A stretch of DNA of 64,000 bases from the human T2T-CHM13v2.0 reference genome, Homo sapiens, in the NCBI RefSeq assembly GCF_009914755.1, contig NC_060927.1; one strand, written 5' to 3'. This document shows positions 1 to 15,642 of the stretch, piece by piece. The notes under the pieces are model-generated. The model did no database searches. It was given only the letters and a program-made list of their open reading frames with translations, and was not told the DNA's origin. The position numbers and the translations under genes were made by a program. The first letter of the stretch is position 1. Every line of letters begins with the position of its first letter.

Positions 1-717
<717 letters not shown>

Positions 718-2579
718 TCATCTGATTTATACCTCAAAGGCTGAAATGCAGTTATGTTGAGAGCTTAGGATATGCTTCTATTGCATTCCACCTACCTCAA
801 TTATTTCTGACCCAGGTTCCTTATTTGTTCTGAAGATACCTCTTGTATTTTAAAGCCCCAGTCTGCTTTTATTCTTGATGCAGGCTGGTTTTCTTTTTCT
901 GGGCTATCCAGCAATATGCCTCACCTGGTCTGCAGCTCCAGTGCTCAACTTGTAGCTGGTTACTTGAATGGTATAAGATTTTGTAGCTACCTTCTATGCC
1001 ATGGTTATTATGTACAGTTGTGAATGGTAACCCTAGAGTGATGCAGTGTAAATAGAGAACCCACTTGCGACCATCATTCATCTATTCATTATTATCCCAT
1101 CATCATTACTTACCCCTTCAGCCATCTCTGGGAAATCTATATTCAAAACTCCTTTCATTTAAGGAGACCAAAGTGAGGTGAGATCACCTAAAGTTGCAAA
1201 TACCTGAGATCAAGTTTAAAGTAAATGACCCTCAGTCATGAACTCCTTAGTGAGAGTAGGGATGGTGGCTTTTCTCTGAAGGCAGATCTTGGTAAGACTT
1301 AGATGGCCGATGTCATTCATGACAGGGTTTCAGAGTACTCATCAGAAGACAAAAATTTATGAAAATGCACTTCACAAATTTCTCTACAGTTATCCTGATC
1401 CTACTCTGCTCTTAGCACTTAGGATAAATTTTGATCATATCTCTCTAACAGGGTTACTTGAAATCCAAATCTCTCTTTAAGCTCACAGTCTCCTTCTCTT
1501 TCTACAGCTGACTTTGGCCTCAATTATGCATTCAGCAAATACTTGTGTGTTGCCTGCTATGCATCAGGCACTGGTCTAGACACTGGTCATTTTCCTGTTG
1601 GTTCTTACAGTCTAGTCTCCCATTCAAGATGACAGGCCCTGCCCCTCTTCTAGTACCTTTGAAATTCCAAAGACATTTATTATCTCAGGGCTAAGACAGA
1701 AATAAATCTGGTTCATTCAATAAGATTTAGGTCACGGGATGATAGAACATTGTCAAGTGGTGCACACTGAAGGCGTTATACAATAGACACTATCCCTAGT
1801 GCATGCAATGAGTATGGTTGCCTTAAGGAGAAATTAAAGGGCTAGTAATAGGACAATGCTATTAATAGAGGTAAATAAAGAAAAAAGAGATGTCTCTAAA
1901 AGAATTCTGTAAACTTTATGCTTCCTTTTAACAACAAGTTCATTAGGTGAAAATTAACTTTGGCTGTAAGTTTACGTATGTGTTCTTTTGCCTAGGAGTC
2001 TAGAAGTCCACAACTCCTAACCCAACGGAGCCCAGGAAACTGATCTTTTTTAGACTGATGGGTTGTTTTCTGACATGAGCAAGGTTGAACTATCTCTTCA
2101 TCCAGAAATCTATATCCCACCAACACAGTTTTAAGGACTCTTACAAAATTACATGGATTGCACCAAGATTAAAAAAAAGCAGAAGAAAAAAACCAAGAGA
2201 AAGAAAAGTGAAAGAATGTCTTTGTGAGCCTAGCTTCCTATTTTCCTTAAACTTATTTGCAACAATGTTGTTTCTCATGCTTGCCACTTACATAATTTTA
2301 TTTTCTAATATCCATATTTTATTCAGATTTTACATCTTAGAAACAGAAAATCCTTTTGTAAAAGATGGCATCTTAGAAAAATGAAATGTAGTAAACTAGT
2401 ACCCTAGAACTAAAGTCATATCTCATTTGCTAATCATCTATTTCATATGAGTTTTAATTATATTTTCAATTGCTTCCCATGCCTATATTTTGTTTTTCAA
2501 TTAAAATGGTAAATCCTTCAAGGTAGACAGTCCCCAGTGGGTCCTAGTCACTTTACAGACACTGTTTTATTCTGAATTC

Positions 2580-2700
2580 TTTTAATTACACTGTGTGATA
2601 TATTACTCCCATTTACTAACAAGGAAATTGAGGCTCAGGGAGGTGAAGTCACTAACCTAAGATCTTATAGCCAACTTAATAGCAGAATCAGAATCTCACT
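2580..2700 (-). mobile_element. MIR fragment
   Basis: MIR core 'cccatttactaacaaggaaattgaggctcagggaggtgaagtcac'. Confidence 0.7.
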
Positions 2701-3559
2701 GATGAGCGCAGGGTTGTGGCAGTACCTCTCTGCAAGGATGTAAGGGTGGGAGTCTGTGTGGTTTTGACAAGGGTGGGCAAGAATTCACCCTGGAAATCTT
2801 GACTAAAATGTTTTTGTGGGTCTCGGGCACAGTTAGGTTCACACCTAGGAAACTCTCTGAGGGTAAAGCCACAGCTTGGTTAAATTGGGTGACTCACAAG
2901 TGTGAAGGTTCATATTTTAGCACTTGGTAATCAAAGGCAGAATTAAACTACTTAAAAATGAACATTGATGAAAACTCAGAACCTTTGCAAGAAATCCAGG
3001 CCACAGCATATATTAGACTCTGAATTGCACCTAAGGGTTGAATTACCTTCTAGCCCATCTTTGATTCATATTAAAGAAATATAAAGCGACAACCCTGGGC
3101 AGATGAGTAAGCCTTTGAGTCCTGTCCTGGGGTCATGTTCTCTGCTGGATCAGATTTGATTTCAGGAGCCCCTCCTGAAAAGCAGATTCATCATGGTATT
3201 TATTGGATAGGTTTGGAACAGGGTAATCATGAGGTCCTGAAAGCTGTAATGCAGATTTTTTAAAATCCAAGCCTCAGAAACTTACAGAGGTAAGAAAAGA
3301 CAACTGTAGTTGTACAAGTGTATCTAAAATTCAGTACTTCTTTATTTTGAAAATTGCTTTTCAGTTTCTTCAGGAAAAATTACAATTGTGGGGGACAATT
3401 AAGGGGAGAGAAGGGAAAAATGTCCTACTTTGTATGGACATTGTATTCTCTATGCCTAAATTATTGAGCAAAGAATCAAAGGAGTTAGTAACCTCAGCCT
3501 ACTTCATCTCACTACTTCTCTACCTGGAATAATTTACAGATTTCTCGAGACGTTTGTTT

Positions 3560-3924
<365 letters not shown>

Positions 3925-4717
3925 TAGAAATGATTAAAGCATGAAAATGGGGATATTTTGTTGCCAACTTGCAGATGAAAGTGTTGGTGGTAGACATATG
4001 CTTGTAGTTAATTACTCTGCCCCTTTCGTCAGCGTTTTGGCCCTATTGGTCATTTTATGCTTCATAGATTTTTTTAAAAAAGATATTTAGACTTCCCACT
4101 TTTTACGGTTTTTCAGAACTTGTCTTTCCGCACATTTTGAGACGTTCACAGTAATAACTGAAGGTTATGCAATAACCGAAGGTTATGTATTAGTAATACA
4201 GATGCCAGGCATCCACTTTGCTAAGGGGCTCCTAGACTTGAGAAGGATTGGAGGAGGGGATTCATATATAAGGTGATAAAGAATCTTGGTGCTGGAAATT
4301 AGAATCAAGAGAAATAATAATTGGATGTTAAACTTAACCATTTAGACGGCTTATTTTTCCACTGGGCTATGACAAGCTCTATAAGTAGAACAGGTCTGGT
4401 GTTGCCCACCATTGAATCCCATTTCTTGCACAGTACCTGGGACATAGCTGGGACTATATAAATATCTAGTTAATAAATTAATAAGTGAATGAAACAGGGA
4501 AAGAACCCTGCCTATCTTGTTCTTTATAGTATTCCTAGACCATAGCATAGAACCTGATGCTAGTAGATGCTCAATAAATAATATAGACTTGGATGTCTTC
4601 CTGGAGCTTAAAATATCAAAATGTTAGGTTTTGTGAAATTCAGCCGCTATTTGTTGTATGACTGGGTTGGTTTTTAGAGATCAGATGATTTTTTCAGGTT
4701 GATTGTTCTCAGAGTAA

Positions 4718-5058
<341 letters not shown>

Positions 5059-7019
5059 ATGGCCCACTATTTTTTTTTAAATTTCATTTTATAGCATCTC
5101 TGTAAGTACTGACACCTTGCCTGTCTTTGAAGGGGCCAACTGCTGACTTGTTTTTTCTGACTCTTTATTACGTATATCCACAATCAAATTAATTCTTGTT
5201 CTGTTACAGGAATAAGGTAGAGTGCAGAAGTCCATATAATAGAGCCATGTTATAGAAATTAGAATACATGGTAGTGCCAAGAATGCATGCCCCTGGATAC
5301 AATGTAACACAAAGTGAAGAATAATGACTTAGGGGTCTGAAGGCTCTGGTTTTGGTCCCTGCTTTGCCAAAAACTTCAATGACTTGCTTAACTTCTTTGA
5401 GTCTTTTTCCTTGGTTGTGACAAGATTATCCTTTTGAAGAAACAGTATCAAGAAAATCATGTTCGGGGTAGAAAAAAATTACAGTTAGGTGGTGCATGTA
5501 TGTGACTGAAAATAAACAATCAAGTAATGAGTATTAATTTGCTTATAAGTCAGTTTTTAATGACGAATTTCTGATGCTTTGTTAGAGAGCCTGGAAATTC
5601 AAATACAAGTATTTCCCCTTCCTTCTAAAGGAGCCCATAGATGCAAACTCTGAAGGCTTATTTGATGCATAAGAAAATGTCTCTTATTTTCATAAGTTGT
5701 CCTAATTTATCTCCCTTTTTCTTCCTTTTCCGGGTAAAATAATATTTGCCAACTCTATTTTAGGGTTGGATAGGATTTATTTGCCTCATTATCTGTATAA
5801 CGTCTGATTAAATCATTTTGAGTCAAATTAAAACATTTTCTCAATGTGCTATCAAAGAAATTCTAAACATTACACATCAAGAGCTTACAGGAAATCACCA
5901 TCTTTATGTTAGAAAAGAAACAGGAAGCACTGCTTATCTCTGGCACCTCAAGATTTCTGAAGGACTTACCTACTCTGCAGAGTTTCTACTGAGGCACCAA
6001 AATCATCAACTCATTTGTGGCACTTTCTAAGACTTAACCTAGTTCTTCACAATATCTCCGGCTTGGGAAGAATTTGCCCAAGAAAACATTTCTATTACAA
6101 AAGTTCAAATGCCAGGAAAAATGGGTAGATAGTAAAGCAATTTAACATCAAATAATAATAATTTGGTAGTGTTTTAAAATATTGCTTAATATGAATGGAA
6201 GGATCTGATACTGTGTATACAATAGGACCTCAATTGCTCACTGTAGGTGGTGGGTGCAGAACATAGTTTTACGTGCTTCTTTCTGCTTATCTCTGTTATC
6301 CATATTATATACAATAAACATGTATAACTTTTTAGATCAGAATAAGTTATAGAAAGTATTATTGAAAAGTATACTAAATTAAACCATAGGCCTTTGCAGA
6401 CATTTCACATTGAGAATTATAGACTTGAAAAGAGGGCATCCCAAAGGACATGAGTCTAAACACTATAACTAAATAGAGGAATAAACCAAGTCCCAGAGAG
6501 GTAAAATGACTTGCTCATGTCTGGAAGTAAAGGTGGGTGGGGAGGTGGGGGAAGCCTGAATTAGAATCTCAAGTCAGAACTCTTTGAGTGTTATCCATAT
6601 AGTTTCAATGACAGACATCCTTTAACATATGTGTGATATGCAGATAATTTAGTTGTCCAGATAAAAACTACTCTGAGATCTTCTCTAGGAGTTCACTGGG
6701 AGGAAACTGAAAATTTTCTTAAAAGCATGATCAAATGTCTAGTCCCACTTGACTTGAATAATATGCCCAAATGTAAGATAACAAACTTTGTCATTCCTGG
6801 CAACAACTAACCTCAAACACATCACACTGATTGGGCTGCTCTACAAGGTGGGCTTGAAGCCCAATATTTGCCCTCTCCTATAATGACCTAAACAAATCAC
6901 CAGGTATCAAAAAAAAGGCTAAGCCCAGAGATAAAGGAGAAGTGCAGTGAGTAGACCCCTCCATGTAAAGGAAAAGAAAAATCATATTTTGACACTGCCA
7001 ACAGGAGCCCCAGGTGAAA

Positions 7020-7360
7020 TACTCTGCTCTCTGTATCCATAGGTTCTGCATCTGTGGATTCAATCAATGGCAAATGGAAAATATTTTTTTAAAAATGGAT
7101 GGTTGTAGCTGTACTGAACTATGTACAGACTTTTTTTCTTGTCAATATTCTCTAAGCAATACACTATAACAACTATTTACATAGAATTTACATTGTATTA
7201 GGCATTATAAGTAATCTAGAGATGATTTAAAGTATGTGGGAGGATGTCCGTAGGTTATATGCAAACACTACATTATTTTATATCAGGAAATTGAGCATCC
7301 ATGGATTTTGGTATCTGCGGGGGTCTTAGAACCAATCTCCATGAATAATGTACAATAACC
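7020..7360. mobile_element. MER2 (TcMar-Tigger MITE)
   Basis: 'ctctgtatccataggttctgcatctgtggattcaa', 'ttacattgtattaggcattataagtaatctagagatgatttaaagta' and 'gagcatccatggattttggtatc'. Confidence 0.85.
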
Positions 7361-7662
7361 ATTTGAGAGAGGTTTTTTAAAAAATCCATTTTATAGATGA
7401 GTAACTGAGATTGAGAAGCTAGTCTATTTGTACAAGCTCATAGCTAGTAAATATGAACGCAGGTTATCTACCACCCAGACTATTGTTTTTCCCAATTTTT
7501 TCTACAGCTATGAATCCCTAGTTATAAGTTAACATAATACCCATTGCATAAAATAGATATAATAGAATGTGAAATAGGAAGTGTTGGATCAAATGGAAGG
7601 ATACAGATGATTATCACAGACTATCAGACAGGAGGCTTAAAGTAGTCAATAATCAGATAGAG

Positions 7663-8612
<950 letters not shown>

Positions 8613-9097
8613 GTCTCATTCAGATTAAATATATGAAAGGAACTACTTGTGGGAAATTGGATGGATTGTATAGAAGGATTTTTATTGGAAATAGCTATGG
8701 AGTTCCAACCACCTTTCCCCAAAGTGGAAGAGTGTGCTGTGCTATCTTCTGATCCTGAGCTAGAGAGAGGGGCTGTCACTGGATCACTCAAAGTGCTTCA
8801 TATCTATCCTAGCAGCTGGGGCCACGGTGGAACAATTTACCTGGGAGTTCTAACACAGCTTGAGGCAAGAGGGTTTAGGGTACAGTGGGGAAAAATTGCA
8901 TTCTCCCTGATGGCAGTTAAGGAGTGTGAATTTCAGAGACTAGATGAGGAATTCATGGGAGGAATGGGACCTGGAGTCATTTTTAAAGCGATTATTTCCT
9001 AGAGGATGACCTGTTAGGGAAGGGGACCCCAATAGTTTACAAACCTGACTGAGGGGGTTTCAGGAGTAGCCAGTCAAAGGAAAAGTACAGCCTAGGG

Positions 9098-9322
9098 CAA
9101 GGGTTAAAAATTTTTTCTGTAAAGGCTCAGAGAATAAATATTTTAATCTCTGTAGGCCACAGAGTCTCTGTTGCAATTATTCAGCTCAGTCATCGTCACA
9201 CAAAAGCAAGCATAGACAGTATGTCAGAGGATGGGCATGGCTATGTTCCAATGAAACTTTATTTATAAAAACAGGCACTAGGTGGGATTTGGTCGGCCTG
9301 CAATAGTATGCCAAATCCTGAC
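9098..9322 (+). mobile_element. MER58A (hAT-Charlie MITE)
   Basis: 'ttttttctgtaaaggc', 'gtaggccacagagtctctgttgcaa', 'gttccaatgaaactttatttataaaaacagg'. Confidence 0.85.
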
Positions 9323-9591
9323 CCTGGACCAAGTAGAGTCAATTAGAGGGGATCAGCAGGGGAAACTACAAAGAAGCTGTGAATTTGCCTAGGAGCAAGT
9401 TTTCTTTAAATGTCTAACCATTTTATGTTCATATCAGTCAAGCAAAATTATTTCTGCTCACCTTTCATTTCTTTTCTCCCCAGACTCCAGCTTTGGAAGA
9501 GTCAGACACTGAGATTAGTAAAGCAAGGAAGAGTGAGCAAAGAAGACTAAGTTAAATTTGGAGTTTTGTTAAAGGGATTAGATAATTCTAA

Positions 9592-9702
9592 CTATTTTAA
9601 ATTATTTTTAAAATTATTAAATTATTAAAATTATTTTTAATTATTTTTAAAATTATTAAATTATTAAAATTACTTAATAATTTTTAATTATTTTAATTAT
9701 TG
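9592..9702. repeat. AT-only minisatellite (~39-bp unit, about 2 copies plus degenerate flanks)
   Basis: 'ttatttttaaaattattaaattattaaaatta' occurs twice in tandem. Confidence 0.8.
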
Positions 9703-9858
9703 AAATGAGGTTGTAATATAAGGTAACTGTAGAATTTTCTATTAATTGTGTGACCAGAAAAGGCACAATATTCAGTCAGTTTTTATCTAGTCACTGGGAA
9801 AGAATGTCCTCCCCAGAATAAATTTTAAAGGGACAGCAAGAGACAAAAATAAAAATGA

Positions 9859-10175
<317 letters not shown>

Positions 10176-11100
10176 AGGTGCTTTCTTATTACATTTAATT
10201 TGTCCTGCTTGTCTGAGGTACTTCTTACATTTATATTTGTAGGTCCTTGCCCAGAATTGAACCTAAAAATATTCCCAATATTGAGAAGTTTCCAAAGCAG
10301 GCACACAAAGTGGTTCTTGAGGGAAAAGGTTGGTTTTGAATTCCAGTGAGGCCTGGAGAACACAAAGCTATGCGAATCGCAGGTGAGTCAAAGCATTCCT
10401 GTCCCCTTAAGTCTTCACCCTCCTCTCTGTTCCCATGAGGAGTTGGACAGGGGAGGACGCCAGGAGCAAGAACGAGTGTGAGGGGCACTTGGAGAGTGAG
10501 AAGAGGGGAAGAGGCTGACCACACTCATTTCCCTGAAGGCAGTAGTGGGCTGGTGGGTGGGGTTAGAAACCTCATCTTTGTTCAAATGTGACTTGATAGT
10601 CCACACTTTAATCTCTCAATTAAAACTGTTTGTGACTTACGATGACTATAGGACTTTCCAGTATGTAAGAATTAACAGAAAAGTCATGTGACTGCCTTAC
10701 TTTGCATCCAGAGGCGGAAAAAGGCTATTCTCCTGGAACAAGACTGAGAGACGAAAGCAAAGTTGTCTCTCTCTTCACAACCCATGAGCCCCACATGTTT
10801 AATACACTGGGTAAACAGATAAATGTGAAATGGGGCCGGGCTCTGGGAGCCCTGTGTCAGGGGCCTTCCCTCACTCTGCAGTGCCCTGCTCCCCAAGACC
10901 TCCCTAGGAAACCCAGGGTGTCAGGAGGCACAGTTTGCCAATCACTGCGGCATATCTAGCTCTCCCTTAATTCGGAGGCCTGCAGAAAACAGCTTAAAAC
11001 TGACTAAAAGTGTGATGATACCAATGAATTACTTCTCGGTGTTTTCCTTAGGATGTGCCACAAACTGACATCAGAGTGCATTCCAAAATAATAGCATAGT

Positions 11101-11310
11101 TCAGGGTCAGAAAACTTTTCCTTCAAAAGACAAGATAATAAATATTTTAGGCTATTCAGGCCATATATTATCTGTGGCAACTACTCAACTCTGCTGTGGT
11201 TCTTGAAAGTAGCTGTATATAATGCATAAACATATGAGTGTGATGATATTCCAGTAAAACTTTATTTACAAAAACAGGGATCGTGGACTATAGTTTGCTA
11301 ACCCTTGCTG
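11101..11310 (+). mobile_element. MER58A
   Basis: 'cagggtcagaaaactttt', 'ggcaactactcaactctgc', 'ttccagtaaaactttatttacaaaaacagg', 'tagtttgctaaccct'. Confidence 0.85.
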
Positions 11311-13307
11311 TATTGTCTCGAAGCATCCATGTCTTGTTTTTCCAATAAGAGGCCCCATTTTCCTCCAGAATGACCCCTATACCACCAGCTCTACTACCCA
11401 GTCTGTGTGGTTCAGGGACAGAGGCTCGCAAATGTCACAAATGTCAAAGCCCTCTCCTCTAAATCCAGGGGAGGACATGTCATTCAGAGCTGGACAAACA
11501 TGGTATGCCTCCTTGTGTCAACTACTATTGACTTAGGGTGAGTACCTGAGCCAAGGCAATCAAAGTCAAATTAGATTAAGTGAAGGGACTTTTGCTTTAA
11601 TAGCTTTGGATTTTAGGCTGGAAAGAGGTAAGCTTGAAATATTGGGATGAACAGGGAAAAGGAATCTGCCTGTCTTTGGTGGGATTCCCTAATACAAAGA
11701 TTTGTTTCCAGGGAAATCTGAGGGAGATATGGGAGTCAGATTGGGAAAGCAGGGAGACCAAGCAAGGATGCAATATCAAGAAAAGCCCCATAAATGGCAG
11801 CTTTGGCTAAGTTCTGAGGGAGGTGGGAAAGCTTTGGGGCCAATCTCAACTGTGAAGTTGTTCTCATCAGGGAACTCTGCCCCTGCCAGTCATTGGTTAA
11901 GGTCTACCCCTGGAGAACTTAAATTCCTAGGCTATTCTAGCATTCAGGGCAGTACTTGCCAATATTGGCTTTAGAGCATGAAGGCAAAGCACAGGTGCTA
12001 TCTCTCAGAAGAGAAAGCATTGCTAGGTTAAGGTGTATGAGGATGATGTGTAGAAAACGGACAGCTTCTGCTACACTGCTAGAGAGAGAAGTGAATTTTA
12101 AAAAAGTAAAAATAAGAGATGGGGAGAACCTGAGGGCTTATGACAATTTTTGACCTCTGTGTCCAGCTATTCCAGAAACACTAATTTACCCCTGGATTTT
12201 AAAGTGACTTGCGAGGAATAGGGGGAGAGGAGGAATCCCTGTAAGTTTTCTATTACTTGCAAGCGAAAGTGTCTTAATGGAGAGAGACACACGATTGATC
12301 AGACTTTGCCATAACACAGAGTAGGAAGAAAATAAATCTTAAAAGGTGGCATATTGGCCTGTGGACCTCAAGTCTTGGAAGTAACTTCTCTCAGTGGAGC
12401 TTTCGTGTCTCTATTTCTATTCTTAATAACAGCCCAATTGTGGAACTGCAGGGGTAGAAGTCTTTCACACCCTTATAAAAATCCAACTTCTGAGAATGAG
12501 GGAGGGCCTGAAAAGTCTGACCCCCATTGGGGACAAACCCCAGGTGTACTCAAGGCCTTAATAAATAATGGAGCACAAGTAGAAGAAAAGGCAAGAAATG
12601 TGGGAAATGTGATATCGCAGTTCCAAGGCCCAGTGGACCAACTTGGCAGTCTTGGATAGAAACAGATTAAGTGTGAGAAATCACTCATCCCTAATATATA
12701 GTTGTTTCATGGACTTTGCCATTGTGAGAAGCATTCAGCTTCAGTAAGTCACAGACAACAAAATGTGCATTTTTTCACTTCAGAGGATTTAGCCAGTTGA
12801 TTAACTACAAAAAGAAGGAGCTTCGTGGGTAAAAGACTGAGCTTTCACTTTAGGGAATTCTGGTTGAGCCCTCCAAGAAACGGAGTTCACGTCTCAGCTC
12901 TGGGACTCTCAAGGATAATAGCTCACATCAGAAAACCACAGTAAAGGATTTGGCAAGCGGGGACCAGGGCAGGCAGTTGGATGGGCAAGGAATTATGGGA
13001 AGTCTCTCCTCCCATCCTCCCAGTTAGGGAAATTCTTAAAGAGATGGCAGAATAAGTGGAAAATATTATAAATCTAGCACTAAGTCTGATTTGAAATTGC
13101 CTCATATTTTTAGAAAAACAAAGAATGTGTGGTGCTTACAAAGAAAGATGATGGTCATAAAAATATTCTTCCTCCCTATCTCTGTATGTTTGTTCTTTTT
13201 CTTACTTTTAAGGGAAACTACTTACCAATGGGATAGGAAATCAGAAAAGCACAGAGGCTCACAAATGTCCATGTATTCAGGACTGAACTTACCAATAGGC
13301 AGATTAG

Positions 13308-13390
13308 ATTAGGTGTAACCAAAAGAAATCACTAACATTTGACAACTTTTGACCTACAAAAATGACAGTTTCATATGACACAGCCTAATA
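13308..13390. mobile_element. MADE2 (~80-bp mariner MITE)
   Basis: Self-complementary ends 'ttaggtgtaacca' and 'catatgacacagcctaata'; core 'ttttgacctacaaaaatg'. Confidence 0.75.
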
Positions 13391-14039
13391 ATTTTGATAT
13401 TGGGAAAAGAGATTCACTAAAACAATTTGATATTAAATAATTCAAAAAAGTATTGCAGCAGCCTTCATAGGAAAAACCAGAATGTTGAATGTTTTTGTGT
13501 TTTCTGTTATTTACTTTATAGTTCAGTATTGCCTTTAATTTGAGTTACATGTTGAAGGTGAGGTAGAAGCAGAATAAATTTTTCAGAACTTGGGTATATA
13601 AAGATCCCATCTGATCCCTGGTTACATTCATCATATGAATCTCTGCAGGTCTTTCTCTTGTAAATGTTATTATTCCAAACACCTAATAAAGGACCCTGAC
13701 TCCACCATTTAGTAGTTGTATGGCTTTAGATCACACGGATGTAAGACCTTATATCTTTAAGTCCCAATAATCCCTTCTGTTGAAACATAAGATAATAAAA
13801 TATATTATTAAATGAGATAATCCATGTAAGGTACCTTCACATCCTAAGCACTGAATAAATACTAGCTAGGATAATACAAGTTATTATTTTTATTATTATT
13901 GTCATTATTACTAGGGCAGGTCTGGACAAACCAGAAAAAGCAGGAAGCCCATTTTCCATTTTGTCAGCCTTCCAAGTTCACCTTTCTGAGCATTAATCTC
14001 CGGCATTGGCAACAAGGAAAGAATCTGAATGTGAAGTTA

Positions 14040-14225
14040 AAAATCTGGGCTCCTATCTCTGCATTGCCACTTCTCAACTGTATAACCTTAAGCGAGTTAC
14101 TTAAAAGTCTCTGAGCCTCAACTTGCTTATCTGTAAAGGTGAGGAATAGCCATCTGATGAGTTCGTAGTAGAGATTAATATAAAATATTGACCCTGTGCC
14201 TGATACATAGTAGGCACAGATTAAT
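14040..14225 (+). mobile_element. MIR
   Basis: 'gagttacttaaaagtctctgagcctcaacttgcttatctgtaaa'. Confidence 0.7.
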
Positions 14226-14407
14226 ATCCTCCCTCTTTCCTTCCACCCAGTGACTCCTTGGATGTCTAATGGCCCTCTGTCTGATAGGGCCTGGTCCTTC
14301 CCTCTCTGTCTCCCTGTCCTTCCTCTTGCACAGTCAGAACCTCAGTTCCTCAGCTCTTGTTCTACTCTCTTTCAGTCTCATAGAGCAGAGCAGTAAAGGT
14401 AGTAATG

Positions 14408-14740
14408 ACATTCATTGACTCAGGAAATGTTCTTGATCACCCACTAGGTGCCAGCCACTGGGGGTACAACAGTGAACAAAACAGACAAAAATCCCTGCCC
14501 CCAGTGAACTTACTGAGACAGGGTTTGAGTTGAGTTTTCTGTTACTAGTAGACAACAAAGTAAATGGCATATATAGCATGTGAGATGGTGATAATTTGTA
14601 AGGATAAAAATATAAAGTGGAAAAGAGGCATAGGAAACATGTGTGTGTATTTTAAAGAGATTGCCTAGGAAAGGCTGACTAGGAATTTAACTTTGAGTAT
14701 ACCCTTGAGGAAGGGAGGGATATTTGTGGGGAGAGGTGAC
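14408..14740 (-). mobile_element. L2 3' fragment
   Basis: 'cattcattgactc', 'aggtgccagccactg', 'acagtgaacaaaacagacaaaaatccctgccc'. Confidence 0.75.
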
Positions 14741-15134
14741 TTCAAATGCTACAATCCTATTGTATAATACATAATCTATGTGACAGTGTTTTTATATCCA
14801 ATTCACAATTATTAGCTTTCACCCCTAAATCCATTCCAAGGTTTATTCACCTTTGACAATCTTCTAATACTGCGGATAGGATTAAAAACTGGTATTGGGC
14901 AAGCCAGGTTAATAGTTACCTGGTCCTGACATGATAATGTTACAGAAATGTCCATTTCCACTTAATTACCAATGAAGGCATCTTGATTTTCAGTGTCCAC
15001 CTCTTCTCCCTTTGGTCAAGATTCTTTTGTCCTGAAAATGTTTTCAGTCATATCAAACTAGTGTGCTGCTCTACAAGGCCATGGTCCAGAGGCATGCTCA
15101 GTAGTGATTAGAACTCACCCATGAGGACAGCCAA

Positions 15135-15350
15135 CACACAAAGCTTACAGTGTGCTTGGCATGGGGCTAAATGCTTTACATGTATTATCTCGTCTTATCC
15201 TCTCAACAACTCTGATGGAGGTTTCTTAATTATCATCATTTTCCAGATGTGGAGAATGAAGAACAGGAAGGTTAAGTAACTTGCTCAAAGCAATGCAGTT
15301 TGTAAAGCAGTAGAGATGAGACTTCAAACTAGTTGTACATTTAACCACCA
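15135..15350 (-). mobile_element. MIR
   Basis: 'gggctaaatgctttacatgtattatctc', 'ttttccagatg', 'ggttaagtaacttgc'. Confidence 0.75.
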
Positions 15351-15354
15351 TATC

Positions 15355-15482
15355 ATTGGTTTCTAAACTCTAGCATGCTCTAGAGTCACCTGTAAAGCTT
15401 GTGAAACCTAAATTGCTGGATTCCACCCGAAGAGATTCTGATTCAGCAGGTCTGGCATGGGACCTGATAATTTGCATTTCTT
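15355..15482. mobile_element. MER5A, truncated by a poly-T-tailed insertion
   Basis: 'agagtcacctg', 'agagattctgattcagcaggtctgg', 'aatttgcatttct'. Confidence 0.75.
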
Positions 15483-15485
15483 TCC

Positions 15486-15552
15486 TTTTTTTTTTTTTTC
15501 AAAGCAAAAGCAAGTTTATTAAGAGAGTAAAAGAGCAAAAGAATGGCCACTC
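15486..15552 (-). mobile_element. MER41/MER4-group LTR 3' fragment with poly-A tail
   Basis: Minus strand reads gagtggccattcttttgctcttttactctcttAATAAActtgcttttgctttg-A14. Confidence 0.65.
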
Positions 15553-15553
15553 A

Positions 15554-15617
15554 GGCAGGGCGCGGTGGCTCATGTCTGTAATCCCAGCACCTTGGGAGGC
15601 CGAGGCAGGTAGGTCAC
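15554..15617 (+). mobile_element. Alu 5' fragment (64 bp) ending at a rearrangement junction
   Basis: 'ggcagggcgcggtggctcatgtctgtaatcccagc...aggtcac' then an abrupt switch. Confidence 0.9.
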
Positions 15618-15642
15618 CAGGCATGAGCCACCGTTCCTGGCC

